DNA of 64,000 nucleotides, taken from positions 1-64,000 of the IMG/VR virus record IMGVR_UViG_3300009149_000022. The stretch is one strand, 5' to 3'. The DNA is from a virus. The notes under the pieces were generated by a model that did no database searches, was not told where the DNA came from, and was given only the letters and a program-made list of their open reading frames with translations. This document shows positions 19,258-28,823 of this stretch, piece by piece (the stretch's first letter is position 1; every line of letters starts with the position of its first letter). The position numbers and the translations under genes are program-made.

Positions 19258-20916
19258 ATGAAGTTAATTAAGTTAGAATATAGAAACTTTAATTCATACG
19301 GTAATAAGGTTACTACAATTGACTTCACTGACAAAGGTAGTATGATTATGCTTATCGGTCAATCTGGACATGGTAAATCTTCTGTAAGAGAAGTTGTGTC
19401 TTATTTGATTTATGGTAAAGTACAAGATAAAAAACTAGGAGATTTACCCAATAGAGTTAATAAATCACTTTGGGGTAAAATAACTTTAAGTGCAAAGGGT
19501 TCAATTATTACAATTGAAAGAGGTATTAGTCCAAAAGTATTAGAAGTTACAATTGATGGTCAAATTCAAGATGTTGCTGGGAATAGTAATATTCAAGGTA
19601 TCATTGAAAATGATTATATGAAAATCCCACAATCCACGTTTGATAATGTTATTTCGATTTCGGTTGATAAGTTCAAATCCTTTTTGACAATGAAACCATC
19701 TGACAAACGAAAGATATTAGATCAAATTTTCGGTATTTTGTTTTTCAATAAGATTCACGATTCTTTAAAAGATCAAGTAAAGGAATTCAGTTCAGATATA
19801 AAAAATTTAGATGGTCAAGTTAGGGTTTTGTTAGAAAACAAAAAGTCAATAGTCGAAAAGATAGAAAAAATAGATAAAGAAAAATCTAAAGACATTACGA
19901 ACAAATTAGAAGAAGTTGTTTCACAAGTTAATTTATTAAACGAACACTTGATTGAATTAAATGAAAAATCAAAAACGGTTTCAGAAAAATCAAACACAGT
20001 ATTTGAAAAAATGAATACCTTAAACAAAACTAAAACTGATTATGGATATAAGATCAAAGATTGTAATCACAAATTAGAAATTTATAATAATGATTCTTGT
20101 CCAACGTGCGGTTCTGATTTAACTGATGATATTCATAAAAAGTTCCAAGAAAAGGTTAAGGAAGATAAAGAAATGTTTGAATCTAAATTACTTGAAACAG
20201 GAACAGCAATTACTAAACTAAAAGAAGTCACCGTAAAAATTGATAATAAAAAAAGAGAACTTAACGATTCTATTTATGACATTAGATTAAATTTAGATAA
20301 ATTAAAATCTACACAAGAATCTTTGTCAAAACCAAAAGAAGAAAAAAGTGAATTCGATTCGGTTTTACAAAATACTATTAATAAGATAGACAGTATTCTT
20401 TTAGACATTGAAAAAAATAAAAAGAACGAATATCTATATACAGAACTCAGTAAAATTTTTGGGGAAGATGGTGTGAAGTTACAAATAATGAAAAACTTCT
20501 TACCCAGTTTTAATAAATCTATAAACGAAATAAGCAAAAAATTACATTTTCCATACAAAATAGAAATAGATGAAAAATTTAACAGTAAATTATTATCTAT
20601 TGGGGAAGAAATAACAGCTAAAACGTTAAGTACTGGAGAAAGAAAAAAAGCAGATTTCGCTGTGTTAATTTCTTTAATTCATATTATGAAAAGAAATTAT
20701 CCTAATATAAATCTTTTGTTTTTGGATGAAATTCTTGCTAGTATTGATTCGTATGGTGTGTATGAGATGTTAAGTCTAATCCGCACGGTTGTTGATGAAT
20801 TAGATTTAACGGTATTTATCGTAAATCATTCGGAATTGCCCAAGGAAATGTTTGATTTTATATATTCTGTTAATAAGGTTGCAGGGTTTAGTGAATTGGA
20901 GATAAATCCTTGTTAA
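19258..20916 (+). CDS. gp46: Recombination ATPase subunit (Rad50/SbcC-like)
   Basis: NFNSYG, GQSGHGKS, CPTC zinc hook, LSTGE, FLDE, NH. Confidence 0.92.
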   Translation: MKLIKLEYRNFNSYGNKVTTIDFTDKGSMIMLIGQSGHGKSSVREVVSYLIYGKVQDKKLGDLPNRVNKSLWGKITLSAKGSIITIERGISPKVLEVTIDGQIQDVAGNSNIQGIIENDYMKIPQSTFDNVISISVDKFKSFLTMKPSDKRKILDQIFGILFFNKIHDSLKDQVKEFSSDIKNLDGQVRVLLENKKSIVEKIEKIDKEKSKDITNKLEEVVSQVNLLNEHLIELNEKSKTVSEKSNTVFEKMNTLNKTKTDYGYKIKDCNHKLEIYNNDSCPTCGSDLTDDIHKKFQEKVKEDKEMFESKLLETGTAITKLKEVTVKIDNKKRELNDSIYDIRLNLDKLKSTQESLSKPKEEKSEFDSVLQNTINKIDSILLDIEKNKKNEYLYTELSKIFGEDGVKLQIMKNFLPSFNKSINEISKKLHFPYKIEIDEKFNSKLLSIGEEITAKTLSTGERKKADFAVLISLIHIMKRNYPNINLLFLDEILASIDSYGVYEMLSLIRTVVDELDLTVFIVNHSELPKEMFDFIYSVNKVAGFSELEINPC

Positions 20917-20927
20917 TTAAATAGGAT

Positions 20928-21728
20928 ATGGAAAAATATAACAATTATCAAAATAAAGATAATGTTTTGTTTAGAAACATCATTGTGGGTACTTTATCAG
21001 CATTGGATGACAGAATATTTTGGGATAACGTAGTTGACAATGAAAAAACTAAGGTAGAAGTACCTGCATATTTTACTATTGCTGGTTCTGAAAGATTTTT
21101 AAGTGATATTTTCCTAAATTCTGATGAACTAAAGAACGAAGGTAAAGCAACAGGTTTGTATAATAAATTTCCAAGGGCTGTGATGAACTTAACGGGAATC
21201 ACCTTACAAGAAGAATATTTAACAAATAAATTCAAAAGGGCTAATTTTATAAAACAAGATTCCGATAATGAGGTTAGAGAATACAATGCTGAATTTATGG
21301 AAGCACCTTTTAAAATGGATTTTGAAATAGTTATACACGTTGATTCTATTGTTGATATATTCAAGTGCATAAATAGTATATTCACTAATCTTTATAAAAA
21401 TGTTTATTATTATGTAGATGTGTTTAGTGTGAAAGTACCTTGTTATTTTGCCATACCACCAGATATAAATAAAGAAAGATTAGTGAATTTTGGGTTATCT
21501 GACAAAAAAGAAATTCAAATAACGTTTCCAATAGAAGTGCAAGCAAGTTATCCAATATTTAAAGAAGATACTGAGATTTTTGCGGGTAATCGAATGAATG
21601 ATGTATTATATAATATGTATATAGTATCTGAAAAAACAGATGAAACCGATTCAATTGGTAGAAACATAACAGTAGAAAAAGATATATGGCCAACAGGTAA
21701 TAATGAATCGAATTTCTACAACGATTAA
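20928..21728 (+). CDS. gp15: Tail sheath stabiliser/tail terminator
   Basis: VPAYF...FPRAVMNLTGI...PFKMDFEI pattern; late motif upstream. Confidence 0.65.
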   Translation: MEKYNNYQNKDNVLFRNIIVGTLSALDDRIFWDNVVDNEKTKVEVPAYFTIAGSERFLSDIFLNSDELKNEGKATGLYNKFPRAVMNLTGITLQEEYLTNKFKRANFIKQDSDNEVREYNAEFMEAPFKMDFEIVIHVDSIVDIFKCINSIFTNLYKNVYYYVDVFSVKVPCYFAIPPDINKERLVNFGLSDKKEIQITFPIEVQASYPIFKEDTEIFAGNRMNDVLYNMYIVSEKTDETDSIGRNITVEKDIWPTGNNESNFYND

Positions 21729-21761
21729 ATATATAAATAAGAAAAAATAAAAGACAATAAA

Positions 21762-23141
21762 ATGAGAATTAATGTTATAGAAAAATTCGGACTATATGAA
21801 AAATTAAGTGATTTATCTAAGGGTCTTAACGAACACGAAGAATCTCAAAATATTTGCAACAAGGCTATTCATGATTTGAAAAGTGAGTTCACTGACAATA
21901 AATTTAATTTATATCTTGAACAATTGAAACAATATGATTGGATTACAGAAATAGAAAACTTTATTGAAGATGTTAAAACATTTTTAAATGAAAATAAATA
22001 TGGTGTGCAACTAGAAAGAGTTATGAACAAATTATCTGGTATAAGTGCATATGCACCAATAGTAGAATCAATCAAAGAAATCGTTGCATTAGATGAGTCT
22101 GAAATAAAGTCAAAGATATCTTCTTTGAGTAAATTCAAATTCGAACCTAATATTAAAAAGTTAGTAGAGGGGTATGAACAATTGGAATTCAATGTTCAAA
22201 AAACACAAAAAGCTGAAATTACAAGCGCACCAATAACACCTGTTATGCAATTAGAAGAAGGATTTGTATTTGCATCTAAAAGTGGTAATTATGTCGTATC
22301 GAATGACATTACTAAAGTTGAAAAATATGATGGTAAATTAACTAATGAATTTACAAAAGCAAAAGCTGCCTTGAACATATTCAAATATAAAGGAGATAAT
22401 ACTTTTGAAGCTAAATTGAACAAAGCCACTATCACTTTGACTACTAGTGATGAGGGAAACAAAATGACAGTGAACGAAAGTGAAATTGAAAATAAAACAC
22501 AATTGACTAAGTTATTGAAAAATGCTGGTTTGGTAAATTATACCGATACTAACACAAGATCACTAATTGAATTTATGTATGAAAAGGCAAATGAATTTGT
22601 AGAAGTTGATTTTGTTAAATCAATAGAAACCATCAACGAAAAACTAGAAGTGTTTAAGATGTCAAACAACGAAGTTTCTGTTGCAAAATATGATAAGAAA
22701 ACAAGAGGGTTTGTTTTAGAATCTTTGGATCTAGAAGACATTGAAGACCTTTCTGAATCTTTGAAAAAAAGTTATGATTTAGATTTCAATAATGTTTTAG
22801 AAGGTTTACATATCAATGTTGAATCTTTAGAATTTAAATCACTAGTAGAAAGTATAGATACATCTAAGGTTATTGATATGACTAAAACAGATGAAATCTA
22901 TTCTAAAATAGAAGAAGCAAATTCTAAATATAACGAATTGAATGTTGAAAACAGAAAAAATGTTGAAAACGAATTCATTAAATTACAAGAAAAAGAAAGT
23001 ATATTAAAAGCTGATGAGGTTTTGTTCTTAATAGAAACTAAAAAGGCTTTGATAGATAAATTAGACGAAAGTGAAGAATTATCTAAATCAATAGAAATGT
23101 TGAATGATGAGTTAGTAACTTTTGTAACTGAAAAAGTTTAA
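21762..23141 (+). CDS. Hypothetical late (probably head-associated) protein
   Basis: GATTAAATA plus TATAAATA upstream; many I/L/V-x-E sites. Confidence 0.5.
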   Translation: MRINVIEKFGLYEKLSDLSKGLNEHEESQNICNKAIHDLKSEFTDNKFNLYLEQLKQYDWITEIENFIEDVKTFLNENKYGVQLERVMNKLSGISAYAPIVESIKEIVALDESEIKSKISSLSKFKFEPNIKKLVEGYEQLEFNVQKTQKAEITSAPITPVMQLEEGFVFASKSGNYVVSNDITKVEKYDGKLTNEFTKAKAALNIFKYKGDNTFEAKLNKATITLTTSDEGNKMTVNESEIENKTQLTKLLKNAGLVNYTDTNTRSLIEFMYEKANEFVEVDFVKSIETINEKLEVFKMSNNEVSVAKYDKKTRGFVLESLDLEDIEDLSESLKKSYDLDFNNVLEGLHINVESLEFKSLVESIDTSKVIDMTKTDEIYSKIEEANSKYNELNVENRKNVENEFIKLQEKESILKADEVLFLIETKKALIDKLDESEELSKSIEMLNDELVTFVTEKV

Positions 23142-23205
23142 CAATTTAAACAATAATAACAAAAGGGAACAATTCAGTTCCCTTTTTTTTAACCCCTTAA
23201 AATTC

Positions 23206-23955
23206 ATGGCAAAATCAAGAAATTACCTTAATAAAAAAGACCTTTTAGAAGAAATTTACAAATCAAGGGCACAAGATAAATTAACAAAAGAGTGTTTAGA
23301 TATGTTGATGTTACTTGCACAAAGGACAATCAAAAAACTTTACTATAAATGTGAAGATGATAAGCAACACGCATTATCCGAAGCATATTATGACATTTCT
23401 AATAATTGGAGAAAATTCAATCCAGATTTTGCTCGTTTCCATGGATATGCAAATTTAGAACCGGGGGATGAAATTAGAGTTTATCCAGAAAAGGGTTCCG
23501 ATAGGACTGCATTTGCTGTTGTTGTTGAAAATTACCCAATAGAGGATTTAATTACAAAAACAGAAAATGAATTGAAATCAATAGGTATGAAATTAGTTAA
23601 TACTGTATATGATGAAAAAGAAAAGGTGTTATTTGTAAATAGAAAACCTACAAAAGAAGAGATTTTGGAAAATGATTTACCAAAGGATTCTATATTAACA
23701 TATTCTATAGATGCTTCTGAATTTAATAGAATTAAATTAGAATATATCATAAAGAAAAACCAAACTGATATTGATATTTTTGATAAAGAAGATATAATCA
23801 TAAAAGACCCAAACCCATTTTCATTTTTTACATCAACTTCTATAAATGGTTTTGCCAAAGGGTGGAAAAAACTTTATCCCAACAAATCAAAGGGTATTTT
23901 ACTCAGCATTGATTCAGGATTTAGTACAGATGGTGATGGTATGCATTCAATATAA
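23206..23955 (+). CDS. gp55: Late-transcription sigma factor with an internal ~125 aa insertion
   Basis: NYLNKKDLLEEI, KFNPD and NPFSFFTS...NGF resemble the conserved blocks of gp55. Confidence 0.75.
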   Translation: MAKSRNYLNKKDLLEEIYKSRAQDKLTKECLDMLMLLAQRTIKKLYYKCEDDKQHALSEAYYDISNNWRKFNPDFARFHGYANLEPGDEIRVYPEKGSDRTAFAVVVENYPIEDLITKTENELKSIGMKLVNTVYDEKEKVLFVNRKPTKEEILENDLPKDSILTYSIDASEFNRIKLEYIIKKNQTDIDIFDKEDIIIKDPNPFSFFTSTSINGFAKGWKKLYPNKSKGILLSIDSGFSTDGDGMHSI

Positions 23956-24016
23956 TTTTCTAATACATAGTAACCCTATCAAATTTTGATAGGGTTTTTT
24001 GCTATTAAATACCTAT

Positions 24017-24496
24017 ATGAGCATAAAGAACTTAAAACCAACAAAAAATGCTAGAACTAAACAGGGGTATTTTTCTATTTCTGAATCTGTTAAATATGTA
24101 GGTGCTGTAAAAAAAGTAATTTATAGATCATCATGGGAATATAGATTTTGTACTTTTTGTGAAAGAAGTCCAACAGTAAAACAATGGGCATCTGAATCTG
24201 TTTGTATAAAATATCATTGTCCTATAGAAAACCGAATTAAAAACTACTATCCGGATTTTTTAGTTAAATTAACCAACGGTCAAACTTGGTTAGTAGAAGT
24301 AAAACCAGAACAAGAATACAAAAACCCACCACATAAACCAAAAAGAAAAACTAAAAAGTCTTTGTCAAATTATGAATATTTGATGAAAAATTATTTAGTA
24401 AATAATTCAAAGTTCAAATCGGCAATTGCATTTTGTAATTCCAAAGGGTGGACTTTTTTCGTTGCTGATGAAAAATGGTTTAGACAAAAAAGATGA
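24017..24496 (+). CDS. gp4: Head completion nuclease (TnsA-like)
   Basis: YRSSWE, WASE, YYPDF, VEVKP. Confidence 0.85.
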   Translation: MSIKNLKPTKNARTKQGYFSISESVKYVGAVKKVIYRSSWEYRFCTFCERSPTVKQWASESVCIKYHCPIENRIKNYYPDFLVKLTNGQTWLVEVKPEQEYKNPPHKPKRKTKKSLSNYEYLMKNYLVNNSKFKSAIAFCNSKGWTFFVADEKWFRQKR

Positions 24497-25101
24497 TTCT
24501 CAAAGAAATTCAAGAAATCAAAAGAAAAAAGGGATTGCAGATAGCAGAAGATGAAGCATATTCTTGGTTTAAAAAGGCAAAAAAGAATCCTATGGACCCA
24601 ACTGTGGTTTTTTGTGAAAATCAACTAATGCAAGTTGGTAAACTAAATCAATTTAGTTATAACCCAAAATTAAAAGATACTTTAGATTACTATGATAAGA
24701 GACCACTAGTTTTAAGTTTAGGTGTTATTCACAGAAAAAAAAGAAGATATGAACTTGGATTAAATTTAAATTTTATCCCCGCACCATATAAATGGTTCAT
24801 ATTGGACAAAATACAATCTACATACAGTGGTTTCTTTTTAAGACAAAGAGATGGTAGATCACCCAATAATGCATTAAAACAACCACAAATAATGTATAGG
24901 TATCAAGTAGTAAAAGCACTATTGGCTCAACATGGATTTGAATTTGCAATTAGAACATATATACCAAGTCGAAAATCTAGAGTTTATTGTATAAACTATA
25001 ACAATTGGGTTGATGCTGCATTTTTATCTATTGAAAAGTTCGAAGGTATAACATATAACGAAATGATACAGGAATTTAGAAAATCTAGACTTTCTAGGTA
25101 A
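24493..25101 (+). CDS. gp2: DNA end protector protein
   Basis: Y.PK.KDTLDYYDKRPLV, GLNLNF, RTYI. Confidence 0.8.
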   Translation: MILKEIQEIKRKKGLQIAEDEAYSWFKKAKKNPMDPTVVFCENQLMQVGKLNQFSYNPKLKDTLDYYDKRPLVLSLGVIHRKKRRYELGLNLNFIPAPYKWFILDKIQSTYSGFFLRQRDGRSPNNALKQPQIMYRYQVVKALLAQHGFEFAIRTYIPSRKSRVYCINYNNWVDAAFLSIEKFEGITYNEMIQEFRKSRLSR

Positions 25102-25195
25102 TTAAATATATTAAACTAATGGGGTCGTTTACATACCATCCACTAAAGATGAATGGGTTTACACTACCTTTTATAAATCAATAAAGAAAACAATT

Positions 25196-26812
25196 ATGGC
25201 ATCTATATTTAATAGAACGGGAGTTAATAGTAACAATTCCGATGTTAATAACAAATCATTTAGAAACACAGCACTTAGAAAATTATCAGGTAGGGGATAT
25301 GATTTCAAAGATTCAGTTATTACAAATTCCGAAGCCATAGGTAGTATCGAAAACAAAATAGGATGGGAAGAAAACAATAATTTATTGAGGTATGGATATG
25401 ATTCTAATAATATGGATCAGTTATATGATTTTTCGTATTCTGATGTATATTCTAAAAAGAATATACCATTCTTTGACCAAAACTACCCATCAAAAATAAA
25501 ACAATTAAGGACATATGCACTACAAGATGAAATAGAAATGATCCTTGACACACTTACGGACGAAATAGTGGTTTATAATACCGATAGATATTTTGCTAAT
25601 ATAGAATGGGAAAGTGACCCGAACATGAAAGAAGAGTTTTCTGCTATTATCAAAGATAGTTTAAATGAAAACTTTAAGAAGATATATAATCTATTTGGTT
25701 TTAAGAACGAAAATTCAGCATGGGATTTTGTCAAAAAATTTTTAGTTGATGGGTATTTATCTTACGAAATTATATGGGACAGCAAAAAAATAAATATAAT
25801 AGGATTTAAAGAATTAGATCCAATATCACTAACTCCAAAAATATATGAAGACGGTACTAGAGGATGGGTACAATATCCATTAGATCAAGTCAAAAAAAGA
25901 GAGTTATCGGATGCACAAGTTATATTTCTAGCTTTTTCCGCAATTAATGGAGAAAATAGAGTTTCTTATACCGAAAGACTAATACGATCTTTTAACATAT
26001 TAAGAATAATGGAACAAACTAGAATTATTTGGGCTGTTGTTAATAGTTCATATAAAACAAAATTTGTTATACCCGTTGGTGGTAAATCAAAAACTATGGC
26101 AAAACAAACCCTTGGTTCTTTGATGCAGTCATACAGAGAAAATGTCAATTTCGATAACGAATCGGGAGAGTTAAAGATAAATGGTAAATCTATGATGCCA
26201 TTTTCAAAAGAATATTGGATACCTGAAGGTGACCAAGGAACACCAACAATAGAAAATATCGGAAACGACGGTCCAGATATGTCAGATACTGAATCTTTAA
26301 AGTATTTTGTTGATAAATTAATACAAGTATCCAAGATTCCAAGAAATAGATTTGTTAAAGAAGAAAGTCCAACTTGGGAATCATCTCCGGAAGGCTATAC
26401 AAGAGAAGAAATATATTTTGGTCGATTTATAGATAGATTAAGGGGTAAAATACAAGAAGTTGTATTGAAACCAACCATTTTACAAACAAAGAGAGACATT
26501 AAAGAATTGGCGGAAGATCCAATGTTTGATTCAAAGGTAAATTTATCTTGGGTCAAATATGATGTATTTGAAAAATTAAAAGAAACTGAATTACTACAAA
26601 GAGAATTAGATTTAATTAGTTCGGCTAAAGATTCTCTAATTGATTATGATGCAGATGGTAGTGAAATTAGATTCTTTAGTTCTGAGTTTTTGGTTAGGAA
26701 ATATCTAACATCACTAACAGAAAGTGATTTAAAACTCAATAGAAAATTGAAAGAACAAGAAGACAAAAATATAGAAAATTCATTAGACACTGATGACGAA
26801 ACTGACTTTTAG
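25196..26812 (+). CDS. gp20: Portal protein
   Basis: LVDG, ELDP, SYTER, LRIME, EYWIP...GT.IENI, IP..R, REEI.F.RFI.RLR. Confidence 0.92.
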   Translation: MASIFNRTGVNSNNSDVNNKSFRNTALRKLSGRGYDFKDSVITNSEAIGSIENKIGWEENNNLLRYGYDSNNMDQLYDFSYSDVYSKKNIPFFDQNYPSKIKQLRTYALQDEIEMILDTLTDEIVVYNTDRYFANIEWESDPNMKEEFSAIIKDSLNENFKKIYNLFGFKNENSAWDFVKKFLVDGYLSYEIIWDSKKINIIGFKELDPISLTPKIYEDGTRGWVQYPLDQVKKRELSDAQVIFLAFSAINGENRVSYTERLIRSFNILRIMEQTRIIWAVVNSSYKTKFVIPVGGKSKTMAKQTLGSLMQSYRENVNFDNESGELKINGKSMMPFSKEYWIPEGDQGTPTIENIGNDGPDMSDTESLKYFVDKLIQVSKIPRNRFVKEESPTWESSPEGYTREEIYFGRFIDRLRGKIQEVVLKPTILQTKRDIKELAEDPMFDSKVNLSWVKYDVFEKLKETELLQRELDLISSAKDSLIDYDADGSEIRFFSSEFLVRKYLTSLTESDLKLNRKLKEQEDKNIENSLDTDDETDF

Positions 26813-26871
26813 ATAAGTGGTGATTATAAAAAGATTAAATAATATAAATTGTAGAAAAATTAATTCGTAAA

Positions 26872-28794
26872 ATGAAAGATTTATTATTAATAGAAAAATC
26901 CAAATTTTCTGTGAAATCAACAAGTGATTCGGATAAATACACCCTAGAAGGTGTATTTACAGAATTTGATTCAGAAAACCGAAATGGTAGGGTATACACA
27001 AAAAAAGAATTTCAACCACACTTTGATGCACTGAAAAGGGTAGTAGAAGATGGTACTTGTGTTGGGGAACTAGATCACCCAAAACAATTCGAAACTACAC
27101 TCAGAAACGTTTCTCACAAAATAGAAGATATTTGGATGGACGAACAAAACAACCGTGTTATGGGTAGAATAAAACTTTTAGATACGGATGCTGGTAAGCA
27201 AGCAAAAGCACTAATAGATGCTGGAATACCTTTACACATTTCATCAAGAGCCGCTGGTACAGTAACAGAAAACAAAAGTGTTAAAATCCACAAACTATTT
27301 ACATATGACTTAGTTGACACACCGGGTTTTGAAAATGCTCGTTTGAAAAGTAGTGTTAATGAATCGTTTGGATTCTTAAATGAAAGCACCGAACTTGATA
27401 GATTTAGTGATTTTGCTATATATGAAGTTCAAAAACAAATTAAGCAAGATATGAACGAATTAAATAATAAAAATAAAGAAATTGAAAAAATGGATTATAT
27501 CAAGGAAAGTGAATTCAACGCATATACCGATTTCACCAAAGAAGCAATCGAAAGTGTTAAAACGGAAATCAAAGAACTACAAGAAGTGCAAGAAAGTATC
27601 ATCGAACAAAATGATAGTATTGTTGATGAATATAGTAATGCTGATTTCAAAGGAAGGTTAGATACTGTTGATGAAAAATTGACTAGTATTGAAAATAAAA
27701 TTAAAACACTAGAAGAAAGTAAAGATTCTGGTAAAGAATTAACTTCTAGTGACGAAACCGTAGAATATCACGTTGGTGATAAATTCGAAGGGAAAGTGAT
27801 TAGAGCGGTTGAAAAAACTGATGATGGTAAAACAACATTATATTTCGAAAGTGATGATGATGCAATGATTCTAGAAAACAAAATAGAAGAATCATCTTTG
27901 GCAAAACCAGACACTTTACAAGTTGGACAACAATATAAAGACAAAGGAACAATCACATCTATTGAAGTTCAAGATGATGGTGGTACTAAAGTATATATAG
28001 ATTCTATGGATGAACCTATTATTTTACCATCACCATCAAAGGTTGATAATATCATAGATGATAAAACTTTACAAGAAAAGTTAGATAACATGGAAACGAA
28101 ATATGCAGATTTAGAAGCAAAATTCGAAGCTATGATTAAATGGTCTAATCACACAACAGATACAGTTAGTGCATTAGAAAAGTGGTCAGATCACGCTACT
28201 GATACTATTTCAGTGGTTGAAAATTGGTCAGATCATGTTACTGAAACCGTAACAGGTATAGAAAATTGGTCAGATCATGTTACTGAAACCGTAACAGGTA
28301 TAGAAAATTGGTCAGATCATGTTACTGAAACCGTAAGTATGTTAGAATCGGTTGACAATAAAAAAGAAAACGATACCACTAAAATCAACGAAAATAAAAT
28401 CAACGATTTTAAAGCGAGTATATATAATAAACTAGAGAGTATTTTAGAAGATAAGGAGCAAAAGTCTGATAACAACGAATCTCTAAATGAGTCTAAACAA
28501 AAATCAGCAGAAAAAAGTGAAGCACCTTTGTGGATGCAAATGATTCCTGCAAAATACAAGGAAACTTGGGAAAGTTTAGACGAAGTTGAACAAATAAGAA
28601 TCACTAATCGAGCGAATCTTTTTGAGTTCAAAACACAATCTGCAATCAAAGAATTTTGGAACAATGAATTGACAAAAGAAAATTTGATTAAAGAGGAAAA
28701 ATCACAACCGGAATTGAGTGTTGAAGAAAAACAAGCACATCTCAACGAAAAAAGAATGAAAGCTGTTAACGGATATAAGAACCTTTTCGGGTAA
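26872..28794 (+). CDS. gp21: Prohead protease fused to a scaffold/core protein
   Basis: LEGVF, NRNGRVY, GELDHP, ISSRAAG, YDLVDTPGF, followed by ~470 aa of acidic coiled-coil; lies directly upstream of the major capsid gene. Confidence 0.85.
   Translation: MKDLLLIEKSKFSVKSTSDSDKYTLEGVFTEFDSENRNGRVYTKKEFQPHFDALKRVVEDGTCVGELDHPKQFETTLRNVSHKIEDIWMDEQNNRVMGRIKLLDTDAGKQAKALIDAGIPLHISSRAAGTVTENKSVKIHKLFTYDLVDTPGFENARLKSSVNESFGFLNESTELDRFSDFAIYEVQKQIKQDMNELNNKNKEIEKMDYIKESEFNAYTDFTKEAIESVKTEIKELQEVQESIIEQNDSIVDEYSNADFKGRLDTVDEKLTSIENKIKTLEESKDSGKELTSSDETVEYHVGDKFEGKVIRAVEKTDDGKTTLYFESDDDAMILENKIEESSLAKPDTLQVGQQYKDKGTITSIEVQDDGGTKVYIDSMDEPIILPSPSKVDNIIDDKTLQEKLDNMETKYADLEAKFEAMIKWSNHTTDTVSALEKWSDHATDTISVVENWSDHVTETVTGIENWSDHVTETVTGIENWSDHVTETVSMLESVDNKKENDTTKINENKINDFKASIYNKLESILEDKEQKSDNNESLNESKQKSAEKSEAPLWMQMIPAKYKETWESLDEVEQIRITNRANLFEFKTQSAIKEFWNNELTKENLIKEEKSQPELSVEEKQAHLNEKRMKAVNGYKNLFG
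28135..28336 (+). repeat. 42-bp (14 aa) tandem repeat ENWSDHVTETVTGI, about 5 copies, two identical at DNA level
   Basis: 28219-28260 is identical to 28261-28302; partial and degenerate copies flank them. Confidence 0.95.
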
Positions 28795-28803
28795 GATTAA
28801 ATA
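28795..28803 (+). promoter_or_regulatory. Putative late promoter GATTAAATA (about 20 copies; this one precedes the major capsid gene)
   Basis: Exact copies at 3027, 3733, 21723, 26833, 35372, 39288, 40390, 40814, 44031, 52061, 56448, and on the minus strand at 47365, 47393, 50629. NATTAAATA variants at 6423, 14889, 20915, 24003, 25100, 30542, 58471. Confidence 0.8.
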
Positions 28804-28823
28804 AAGAAAAATAAGTTGTTAAA

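Noticed and set aside
23428-23802. Intein in gp55
   Set aside because: No Cys/Ser start with block A, no TxxH motif and no terminal His-Asn.
28135-28336. CRISPR-like array
   Set aside because: Contiguous in-frame coding repeats without spacers.
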